A stretch of 32,000 nucleotides of DNA from NCBI RefSeq assembly GCF_000223395.1, contig NC_015931.1, positions 425,292-457,291 on the forward strand, given 5' to 3'. Below the pieces are notes generated by a model. The model was given only the letters and a program-made list of their open reading frames with translations, searched no databases and was not told the DNA's origin. This document shows, piece by piece, positions 9,788 to 17,236 of this stretch (its first letter is position 1; the number at the start of each line of letters is the position of its first letter). This DNA comes from Pyrolobus fumarii 1A (GTDB lineage Archaea; Thermoproteota; Thermoprotei_A; Sulfolobales; Pyrodictiaceae). The position numbers were made by a program, and so were the translations under genes.

Positions 9788-9816
9788 CGGGGCGGGTGTG
9801 CAGCCCAGCGACCTCT

Positions 9817-10161
9817 CTACCCGTCAACCCCAGGGTCTACCCGCACATGCCTATACCTGGCTAGCATCTCTCTACACTCCTCATCACTATGCACGTGCAG
9901 CTCTACGGGGTAGTCTATCGGGAGGCCGTGCTTATCGAAAGCCTCCTTTAGCACCGCGTGCTTCACCAGCCTCGGGTCGGCGTCCTCCTCGAGGCACAGG
10001 AGCACATCCACATCGCTGAGGACTGTTAGCCTGCCCTCCGCGGCGCCACCGATGACATACACTCTGGCCCTCAACCCGAGGCTCTCGACAGCCCTGGCTA
10101 TGGCCTCGGCAGCCTCCCTCCACCTCCTCAGGTACTCTACGTGGTGCCTAGCCCAGAGCAC
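9817..10161 (-). CDS. Minimal nucleotidyltransferase (MNT), partner of the HEPN gene upstream
   Basis: 114-aa ORF with the motif VIGGAAEGRLTVLSDVDVLL (G-G/S ... D-x-D). It overlaps the upstream HEPN ORF by 14 nt, a coupled-operon arrangement. Confidence 0.85.
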   Translation of the reverse strand: MLWARHHVEYLRRWREAAEAIARAVESLGLRARVYVIGGAAEGRLTVLSDVDVLLCLEEDADPRLVKHAVLKEAFDKHGLPIDYPVELHVHSDEECREMLARYRHVRVDPGVDG

Positions 10162-10648
10162 GCCTCTCGACCTCCTCTAGCAGCTCGAATAGTCTCTTCG
10201 CGGCCAGTATCACATCCGCGACCTCCCGAGCCCCCAGCGTAAAGACCCCATAACGGGCCGATGTATAGGCGTCCTCAGCGTCTATAAGCTGGTCGCGGTA
10301 CTCCCTCGTGTACCTCCTGACCTCACCTGCGAGGCTCCGGCACCCCAGCTCCTCCAGCACACGCGCCAGTATCCCGAGCAGCTCGCGGAGACCGTGTATC
10401 CTCGGCATTTCGCCGGAGAGGCGGAGCAGAGACGCTTTTACGCGCAGCTGCATAGCCTGCTCGGCGCAGAAAGCGGCGATGTCATACCGCCCTCTCTCCA
10501 GCAGCTCGCGAGCCAGGGATAGGAAGAAGCGTGCACGATCCTTCAACAGCTCTACACGCTCACCACTACCCATCACGCACCCCGAAGAACCGAGAAACAC
10601 GAGAACATTATACACCATGACGCCGCCATACAGCTGGTACACCGACAA
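10148..10648 (-). CDS. HEPN domain protein (PF05168-type)
   Basis: The stretch ARELLERGRYDIAAFCAEQAMQLRVKASLLRLSGEMPRIHGLRELL plus YTSARYG matches the archaeal HEPN pattern A-x-f-x-xQ-x-E/x-KA ... P+xH-x-L-x-L ... aRY. The likely true start is the internal ATG at 10573 (MGSGERVELL). Confidence 0.8.
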   Translation of the reverse strand: MSVYQLYGGVMVYNVLVFLGSSGCVMGSGERVELLKDRARFFLSLARELLERGRYDIAAFCAEQAMQLRVKASLLRLSGEMPRIHGLRELLGILARVLEELGCRSLAGEVRRYTREYRDQLIDAEDAYTSARYGVFTLGAREVADVILAAKRLFELLEEVERRALG

Positions 10649-10811
10649 GACACTATGGCCGCGCGCATAACCGCGGGGGAGGACGCCGCTGCTCGAGACG
10701 AGCGTCCCGCTAGACCCGTCAAACCGAGACGAGGTTGGATAGCCGAGAGGAAGAGCACGGTGACCCCCAAGACGCGGCGAGGCGCTACACGCGGCCTCGT
10801 AGAACTATGGG

Positions 10812-11255
10812 CTACACTATGCGCATCCAGTACCTAGACGCGTCTCTCAACACCACGCTCTTCTCGAGCCTGTCGCGAAGCTCCTCGGGCGTGAGGGGTA
10901 TGAGGGTCGCGTCCCTCTCCCACCTCCAGAGCCGGTATAGCATAGAGAGCCTCTCCTCCATAGTGTAGCGCCCCCAGTCCCTAGATACTATCACGAGGTC
11001 GACATCGCTCTCGGCGGTGTAGTCCCCCCGCGCTATACTGCCGAAGAGGTAGACCGCCTCTACCCTCACGCCGCGCCCCCTGAGCTCTACAGTCAGCTCC
11101 TCAACCCACCTGCGTATCTCCTCGAGAAGCCTCCTCCACTGCTCTCTCCGCCGCCTCAACAACTCTCCTAGCGGCAGCCACTGCTCTCTCCGCGGTTCTC
11201 CCGCTGATAACTTCATCCGGGAGGCCCTCCACGACATCCGGGTACCTCGCGACAT
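10812..11255 (-). CDS. Minimal nucleotidyltransferase (MNT), second pair
   Basis: The motif LFGSIARGDYTAESDVDLVIV is present. The listed ORF start overlaps the HEPN ORF by 155 nt. A TTG at 11162 or 11159 (ELLRRRREQW, which aligns with the N-termini of the other MNTs) is a more likely start. Confidence 0.8.
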   Translation of the reverse strand: MSRGTRMSWRASRMKLSAGEPRREQWLPLGELLRRRREQWRRLLEEIRRWVEELTVELRGRGVRVEAVYLFGSIARGDYTAESDVDLVIVSRDWGRYTMEERLSMLYRLWRWERDATLIPLTPEELRDRLEKSVVLRDASRYWMRIV

Positions 11256-11559
11256 AGTAGTATTGTGTCAGCTCGTATGCGTCCTCCAGTTCCTCCCTGC
11301 CTAGCCCCAGGTTGGAGCCTAGCTCCTCGAAAAGCCTCCGGATGCTATGCGTCTTCGGGAAATAGCCTTTAAGAGCGAGCAAGACAGCTTTAAGCGCCTT
11401 CTCGGCAGCCTGCTGCGCCCAGAACACGGCGGCCGCACGATCACCCTCCCTAAGGCTACGCTCGGCACGCTCAAGATCCCTCCTTGCGAGCCTCAACCAC
11501 CATAAAACCTGCTCCCTAACCACCCTCCACACCCTTACAGCCGCGCCACTACACAGCAT
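11101..11559 (-). CDS. HEPN domain protein (PF05168-type), second pair
   Basis: The stretch RSLREGDRAAAVFWAQQAAEKALKAVLLALKGYFPKTHSIRRLFEEL ... YYYVARYPD is a textbook PF05168-type HEPN signature. Confidence 0.85.
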   Translation of the reverse strand: MLCSGAAVRVWRVVREQVLWWLRLARRDLERAERSLREGDRAAAVFWAQQAAEKALKAVLLALKGYFPKTHSIRRLFEELGSNLGLGREELEDAYELTQYYYVARYPDVVEGLPDEVISGRTAERAVAAARRVVEAAERAVEEASRGDTQVG

Positions 11560-11683
11560 CTATACACTACATGACAGCCAGGCAGCTACCGCGCAATGGG
11601 CCCTTTGTAGCACCGACGCCAACCCTACTCATACACCACCCCCACAAAAACACCACCGGAAAACCAAGAACAACCAATGAACG

Positions 11684-11975
11684 TTAGGACCTCGACTCAC
11701 ACCATACCAACGGATCACCGCCCAAGCTCCCTTTGACGCCAGGCATCCCACCAACAATACTCACCTCGAAGAACAGAACCTCACCATATCCAGCCATATC
11801 CGCAGCACCCTCCCGCGTAACAAGCCGCCCCTTACACAGCCTCAACCCTGCCAGGCCAACCACACGGAACAACAGGAGGGTAACAGACAGCCTCTTGGCC
11901 ACACCCCTCTGCGACAGGGGAAGGGACACCAACAAACCTCTCCAAAACATATAACCAATAAATTTCCCACAGACT
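11684..11975 (-). pseudogene. cas6: cas6 remnant (internal fragment covering roughly a third of the gene)
   Basis: VCGKFIGYMFWRGLLVS...GVAKRLSVTLLLFRVVG...GEVLFFEVSIVGG aligns with paralogue b (VCNYTGKLVKSLLAVCS...SVAKRLSVTPLFRVTG...GEVVFFEVGAGGD). Stop codons lie immediately 5' of the homologous part. The C-terminal two thirds, including the G-rich loop, are absent. Confidence 0.6.
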
Positions 11976-12013
11976 CATCACAAGCTTAAAAACAAATACA
12001 CTAGCAATCCTTA

Positions 12014-12273
12014 TCTACCCTCTACAACAATATTTTTAACCCCTGGTACTACCGGTGGACCGTCGCTCACGGTCCCATGGGTGGATGTGAGGTACTCCCG
12101 ACCGCTGTAATCCGGTATTTAACCCTTGCCCGGCTTATAAACTCGGTACTACCCGCGGACCATACCCCACGGCCATCTGTGCCCGGCACGACTACACTCA
12201 AATCACAGAAACAAAGACAACAGAGAAAAGAATAAATAGAAGAGAGACCCTATAACCACACGGCAAGAATGCA
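12014..12273 (+). promoter_or_regulatory. CRISPR leader of array 2 (260 bp)
   Basis: It is homologous to the reverse complement of 5127-5386. It ends in GGCAAGAATGCA directly before the first repeat, and the repeat-proximal half is purine/CA-rich and low in complexity. Confidence 0.75.
12231..12238 (+). promoter_or_regulatory. Candidate TATA box of the array-2 pre-crRNA promoter (AATAAATA)
   Basis: It lies 35 nt upstream of the first repeat (12274). Sequence and spacing are conserved with the array-1 leader. Confidence 0.4.
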
Positions 12274-13532
12274 GAAACAACCAAGAATGAATTGAAAGCT
12301 TCAGCGCGTAGTAGTGGCGCTCGAGACTCCTTGGCGAGTAGGAAACAACCAAGAATGAATTGAAAGTTCATCACGGTCGGTATGAGTGGGAGCGGCGGGT
12401 TTGGGAAACAACCAAGAATGAATTGAAAGTCCAGGTGCTCGATGGCCCATAGTGGCGCCTCTACAAGCGCGAATGGAAACAACCAAGAATGAATTGAAAG
12501 AAGGATGCGTTCGAGAACTGATATCGCGTTGTCAATTTCCCTCCGGGGAAACAACCAAGAATGAATTGAAAGGAGAGGAAGGCTGCCCCGGACCTCGTCC
12601 GCTCTATCGTCGATGGAAACAACCAAGAATGAATTGAAAGGCTATCATCGCCTCCAGTTTGGCAATGATTTGGTCAGCCTGTGAAACAACCAAGAATGAA
12701 TTGAAAGAAGCTTCTTGTACGTCTCAACGTCGGCCTCAACGCGTATTACTTTCGAAACAACCAAGAATGAATTGAAAGGCGACGTACGCGATGTGTGGCG
12801 ACTCGTTGAACTGTGTGTTCTGCCGAAACAACCAAGAATGAATTGAAAGTACAAACTCGTAGTTCTCTCCGCCACGGTTTATAACGATGAGAAACAACCA
12901 AGAATGAATTGAAAGTGCCTCGAACCTCGCGGCGGCCCTGTTATGGTTCGTGGCGGTGTGAAACAACCAAGAATGAATTGAAAGAACTATGCTCTGTAGT
13001 AGCCTGGGAAGCTCCGCGCTCATCCCGCGAAACAACCAAGAATGAATTGAAAGTAGTACACGCAATACGGCATTGCACACCCACCACGCGTACACTCTAG
13101 AAACAACCAAGAATGAATTGAAAGTAGTGTGGCACGACAGTGGCTATGACTTAGTGCCGGGCTATAGCCAGAAACAACCAAGAATGAATTGAAAGGTGAC
13201 ACTATACAACATCACGGACGTCGTGAAGAGGAGCGTGAAACAACCAAGAATGAATTGAAAGTTAACCCGGCCGCGCGCCGCGACGATCTCGAGATCGCGC
13301 CGGCGGAAACAACCAAGAATGAATTGAAAGGTGATAAAGTACGGCGCGCAATACGGCACCGGGTTCTGGATTGAAACAACCAAGAATGAATTGAAAGTGA
13401 TCTCCTGTGGGTTCGGTTTCTCCACCCTGATCTCGACATCAGAAACAACCAAGAATGAATTGAAAGGTAGCTGAGACCATAGCGTAGCCGGTAGAGTTGT
13501 GCCACGGGAAACAACCAAGAATGAATTGAAGA
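12274..13532 (+). CRISPR. CRISPR array 2: 19 repeats / 18 spacers, repeat GAAACAACCAAGAATGAATTGAAAG
   Basis: There are 18 exact copies (first 12274-12298) and a terminal degenerate copy at 13508-13532 (GAAACAACCAAGAATGAATTGAAGA, one A missing). Spacers are 38-47 nt and unique. The leader is on the left, so the array is read on the + strand. Confidence 0.97.
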
Positions 13533-13603
13533 TGTTTAGGGTGGCTGGCTTGGTTGGTCTGGTTGCGTCCGCGTGTTTTGCCGGGTGGGTTTCTGCGTTG
13601 CGG

Positions 13604-14272
13604 TCATCCTCTGTAGGGTGTGCACATTCTTGGTACGGGGCTTTCTTGGGGGTCGCCGTCGTAGGTTATTCTCCCGTCTTGGAGTATGATTACGCGTTGG
13701 AAGTCTAGCCCTGGGTCTATATGCGAGGCTATTATCGTTAGCGTGTATCTCTCCTCTGCCTGCTCGGTTATGAACTCGCGTATCGCCCATATGGAGTCGT
13801 AGTCTATGCCGTTGAACGGCTCGTCTATGAGGGCGACGCGGGGTCGCCGCGCGTAGGCGAGTGCTAGTTTCACTCTCTTCCTGTACCCGGTGGAGAGTGT
13901 GGCGTACCTCTCGGCTAGTACCTTCCGGAGCCCCAGGCCCTCGATTACGTCGCTACAGTCGTTGAGGCACGTCATGTCGAGTAGTTGTTCGACTGTGGCG
14001 TCTGGCGGCTCTACACTGTCGAGTAGGAAGCCTAGCCGGAGCTTGGACCATGCCTCCTCGACGCTCAGCCGTTCGCCGCCCACGTTGTATTCTATGCGGC
14101 CGCGGTTGGGTCGCAGCACGCCGGCCATCAGGGAGAGTAGTGTGGACTTCCCGCTGCCGTTCGGCCCCGCGACAAGGACTAGCCTCTCCCCGATCCTCAG
14201 CCTGTCGATGCGGAGTGTGAAGCGCCCCCTCCTCTTCACGATGTTCTCGAGGAGGATCTCGACGTTGGCCAC
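13604..14272 (-). CDS. ABC transporter ATP-binding protein
   Basis: 222-aa ORF with Walker A GPNGSGKST, ABC signature LSTGYRKRV, Walker B VALIDEP and an H-loop ASH. It is the last gene of a tightly packed minus-strand operon. Confidence 0.9.
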   Translation of the reverse strand: MANVEILLENIVKRRGRFTLRIDRLRIGERLVLVAGPNGSGKSTLLSLMAGVLRPNRGRIEYNVGGERLSVEEAWSKLRLGFLLDSVEPPDATVEQLLDMTCLNDCSDVIEGLGLRKVLAERYATLSTGYRKRVKLALAYARRPRVALIDEPFNGIDYDSIWAIREFITEQAEERYTLTIIASHIDPGLDFQRVIILQDGRITYDGDPQESPVPRMCTPYRG

Positions 14273-14273
14273 G

Positions 14274-14630
14274 CTACCACCCCGTCCTCGAGACTATAAG
14301 CTCGCCTACGTGCGCCGTGTAGGGCGGGACACGCGCATGGACTATGATGATCGTCGGCGAGTGTGTGTAGGCGCTCGTGACGCACCCCAAGCCGGATAGG
14401 ACTTTGACGCTGGTGTTCGCGTGGGCTTGTGGGCCGCCAGCCCAGACTAGGGTTATGTTCGCGCCGCTAACGCCGTGGAAGCATACGGTGTACCTACCGG
14501 CGCCGAGCCACGCGCGGTACACGTACACCGCGTCGACGCTATAGGGCAGCAGGAGCTGCTCGACCGCGACCCTCGCCTCTAGCGGCGCGCACACCACAGC
14601 GACGCTGGCCGCCAGGGCCGCGAGCACCAC
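14274..14630 (-). CDS. Small exported protein of unknown function
   Basis: 118-aa ORF with a hydrophobic N-terminus (VLAALAASVAVVCAPLEA). It is 1 nt from the ABC ATPase start and 37 nt from the upstream gene. The start codon is uncertain. Confidence 0.5.
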   Translation of the reverse strand: MVLAALAASVAVVCAPLEARVAVEQLLLPYSVDAVYVYRAWLGAGRYTVCFHGVSGANITLVWAGGPQAHANTSVKVLSGLGCVTSAYTHSPTIIIVHARVPPYTAHVGELIVSRTGW

Positions 14631-14667
14631 CAGGTACTGGGCCAGGAGTATCCTCGCGTAGCGCCTC

Positions 14668-15426
14668 CTAACCGCGCGCCTTGAGCCTCACCACCCCCGC
14701 CACACAGAGGAGCACGAGGATGCCCGCGAGTAGGGGGTAGGCTAGGGGGCTGGTCTCGCTGGGAAGCGAGAAGAGGGCCGTGAAGAAACGCTCGTTTGCA
14801 GCAAACCCCGCGAGGCTGTCGAGCACGATGAGGAGCACTGTGAGCGCCATCAGCGAGAGGATGGCTAGACCCCTATCACCCACGTGGAGCGCCAGGGCCG
14901 TACCGGCGAGCAGCCCGGCGATACCGGCTCTCAACGCGCCCCAGAAGGCGGCAGCCACGTCACCAACCACGCCGAGATACACGCGCAGAACGAGTAGCAG
15001 CGCGAGACCGCTGGCGGCCGACGCTGGCACCAGGACGCCAGCCACGTATAGCATTATGCGGGCTAGGCCCCGGAGCCTACCCCCAGCAGCAACCATATCG
15101 AGGAACACATAGCCCCTCTCGACTCCACCCCCGAGGGCGAACACCACGTAGAAACCAGCCGCCAGGAACACCAGCAGAAGCACCAGGTCGACATAGCTCC
15201 TGGCTAGTGGGGACTCAAGCGTCAACGGCCTCTCCAGGAGAGTCTCCAACACGAGCTGCGGAGCGGCCCCCGTGCCGGTAGCGTTGAAGAGCATCCTAAC
15301 CCCCATGTACCCGCGGAGAGTATAGAGGAACACCAGGAGAGGCGCCGCCACCATCAACGCGAGGAGACCGGTGCAAACCCTGCACCTCCCCAGCGAGACG
15401 AGCACATACGCCACGCCCATACTCAC
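14668..15426 (-). CDS. Polytopic membrane protein (candidate ABC-2-type permease)
   Basis: 252-aa ORF with about six long hydrophobic segments. It overlaps the upstream gene by 4 nt. Its position next to the ABC ATPase suggests it is the permease component. Confidence 0.65.
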   Translation of the reverse strand: MSMGVAYVLVSLGRCRVCTGLLALMVAAPLLVFLYTLRGYMGVRMLFNATGTGAAPQLVLETLLERPLTLESPLARSYVDLVLLLVFLAAGFYVVFALGGGVERGYVFLDMVAAGGRLRGLARIMLYVAGVLVPASAASGLALLLVLRVYLGVVGDVAAAFWGALRAGIAGLLAGTALALHVGDRGLAILSLMALTVLLIVLDSLAGFAANERFFTALFSLPSETSPLAYPLLAGILVLLCVAGVVRLKARG

Positions 15427-16223
15427 CCCCTAGCCCTCCTCAACACGAGGAAGGCCGCGACCGGTATAGCAGCTAGACCGAGGAGCTTGACCAGCCCACC
15501 CCAGTCTATGTAGTGTACCGGCTCGCACACGCCACCAACTCTGCTCGCGTTAATCCCCACCATATCCAGCTCAATATCAATCACGTGAACACCATCCGGC
15601 ATCACAATCTTCGCGCGAACACTGATCGGATAGACATCCGAGCCATACGCAGCAGACAATAAGTCGTTAGCCTCAACAAGCCAGATGTTGATGACAGTAT
15701 CATTATCTAGGATGAGATCATTACATGTGATGCTAACTCTCTTACCCTGATAAACAAGCCCCATATCGTTAATGGTGTAGTTCAGCACTAATGTGGTGTA
15801 AATTGGTGTGAAGCCTACGAAGATAGGCTCCAGTAGAGCTGTGTTGTTGAAGACCGTTAGCCATGCATAGTTAAACCTCTTGTACACCATGAGTGAGACG
15901 AGCTTCGCCGATACGTTGTTAGCGGGCGATAGCCACACCTCAAGATGCGTCCCGTTAACCTCCCTAACATTCACTCTGCACAAACTCTCGTAGCTCCATA
16001 GCACGTCGTACACATTACCTGCCTCTACCCTAACAATATTATCATTGACGGAGGGAACCATATAATCTATCCAACACCAGTATAACTTACCATAATGCAT
16101 TATGCGTATGTCGGATACGCCTATTGCTGGATGTGAATGTGGCAACAGCAAAGCAGTAATGAAAAACAAAATGTTAATTGGCAGAGTTGCGTAGTGCACC
16201 CTCAGACACGGCATAGCATACAC
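15423..16223 (-). CDS. Exported, C-terminally membrane-anchored protein of unknown function
   Basis: 266-aa ORF with an N-terminal hydrophobic segment (INILFFITALLL). The C-terminal TM helix plus basic tail (LLGLAAIPVAAFLVLRRARG) and several N-x-S/T sequons are typical of archaeal surface proteins. The coding sequence is visibly A+T-richer. Confidence 0.65.
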   Translation of the reverse strand: MYAMPCLRVHYATLPINILFFITALLLPHSHPAIGVSDIRIMHYGKLYWCWIDYMVPSVNDNIVRVEAGNVYDVLWSYESLCRVNVREVNGTHLEVWLSPANNVSAKLVSLMVYKRFNYAWLTVFNNTALLEPIFVGFTPIYTTLVLNYTINDMGLVYQGKRVSITCNDLILDNDTVINIWLVEANDLLSAAYGSDVYPISVRAKIVMPDGVHVIDIELDMVGINASRVGGVCEPVHYIDWGGLVKLLGLAAIPVAAFLVLRRARG

Positions 16224-16225
16224 CT

Positions 16226-16765
16226 CTAGACTCTCGACTTGGGTACATAGGCAATAGCCTTCAGAGAGTGCGGGAACGTCTCTTTATCGTCGCATGATAT
16301 CCACCAAGTGCAATGTGTCACCTTATACTTGGCCTTGCCCTTTGCAACGAACTTATACCAATCACCATCTTTGTACTTTCTTAGATCAAAGCTGGTCTCC
16401 AATACTGTTATGTCGTACTTCTCGAAGCATGTAAGGGAGCACCAGGATTTTGTTCGGTAGCCTAGGCCTCCCGAGATGTATATGAACTTGCCTCGAGACT
16501 CGTCGTAGTCGCCGTAGATGGCTATGGCAGTGGCTGCGTACGCATTGCCCTTCGGGATGTGCACCTTTACAGTTACACCCTTCCTTATCGTTACGGTGAT
16601 CGTCACTGGGTCCTCGACATAGCTGGTCTGTGCTTTGCTCTCGGCCAGCTTCTTGACGCTATAGACAGCTGGACCAGCAGCACCAAGTGTCGCAACCGCA
16701 AGGATGGACGTGAACACGAGTATTGTCAAGACGAATCCCGGTATAATCGGGCGACGCGCGTACAT
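16226..16765 (-). CDS. Exported Cys-containing protein of unknown function
   Basis: The ORF track gives 16226-16885. The internal ATG at 16765 yields a canonical signal-like N-terminus, MYARRPIIPGFVLTILVFTSILAVATLGAAG. ATATATAC (transcript sense) lies about 40 nt upstream of that ATG. Confidence 0.6.
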   Translation of the reverse strand: MYARRPIIPGFVLTILVFTSILAVATLGAAGPAVYSVKKLAESKAQTSYVEDPVTITVTIRKGVTVKVHIPKGNAYAATAIAIYGDYDESRGKFIYISGGLGYRTKSWCSLTCFEKYDITVLETSFDLRKYKDGDWYKFVAKGKAKYKVTHCTWWISCDDKETFPHSLKAIAYVPKSRV

Positions 16766-17236
16766 GGCTTCTGTACCATTTGCGCCCTCCGGGAAGGGCG
16801 TGTATGTATATATCTGAACGGCTCTGTGTAGGCGAGCGCCGTTTTCAGCATGGAGCGCCCCTATACGGCGAGTATCTCTGCACACGTGTAAAGGAGGATC
16901 GTGGCATTATGCGTACTGTCATCCTCCGCCACGTATATGGCTGGGTCTTTGGGGCATAGCAGGGTGTGTATATCGTATAATTATCAATTATGCTATATCG
17001 TATAGCATTCTATTTGAGTGTGCGGGCTATGAGTCGAGTATTGTTTCGTACGTCTTTTCCTTGTAGGCGTTCATCGCGGGATAAGCATGTTGCAGGCTGC
17101 TGTAAACAATGCTATACACCTTCGCGGGGCCAACCCCGAGTATAGTGTTTGTATCGTAAAGCCGCTGACGGTAGTCTAGAGCGGGTGGGATGCATGGCAT
17201 CATCTCTGTCGCTAGCTGCGAGGGCGTCGCACGCCG

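Noticed and set aside
12198-13518. ORFs across array 2 and its leader, with peptides LSIHSWLF, FQFILGCF and FNSFLVVS.
   Set aside because: This is the same repeat-translation artefact as in array 1.
407-13532. The idea that arrays 1 and 2 are one array split by insertion of the 6.9-kb core.
   Set aside because: The arrays are in opposite orientation. Each has its own complete 260-bp leader at the inner end and decayed repeats at the outer end. That fits two independent leader-array units, not a split array.
407-13532. Self-targeting spacers, meaning spacers that match other parts of this window.
   Set aside because: I could not find any match by eye. This cannot be excluded without a programmatic search, so no claim is made.
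16893-16960. A 7-bp-stem hairpin (GGAGGAT at 16893-16899 / ATCCTCC at 16921-16927), plus a 16-codon mini-ORF (ATG 16909) preceded by GGAGG.
   Set aside because: A short stem of this size is expected by chance, the mini-ORF has no supporting feature, and its position does not match the preferred operon start.
15423-17236. Calling the A+T-richer segments (about 15.4-17.2 kb and about 21.7-23.8 kb) integrated mobile elements.
   Set aside because: I recognised no integrase, transposase, tRNA attachment site or flanking direct or inverted repeats. Only the compositional contrast is reported.
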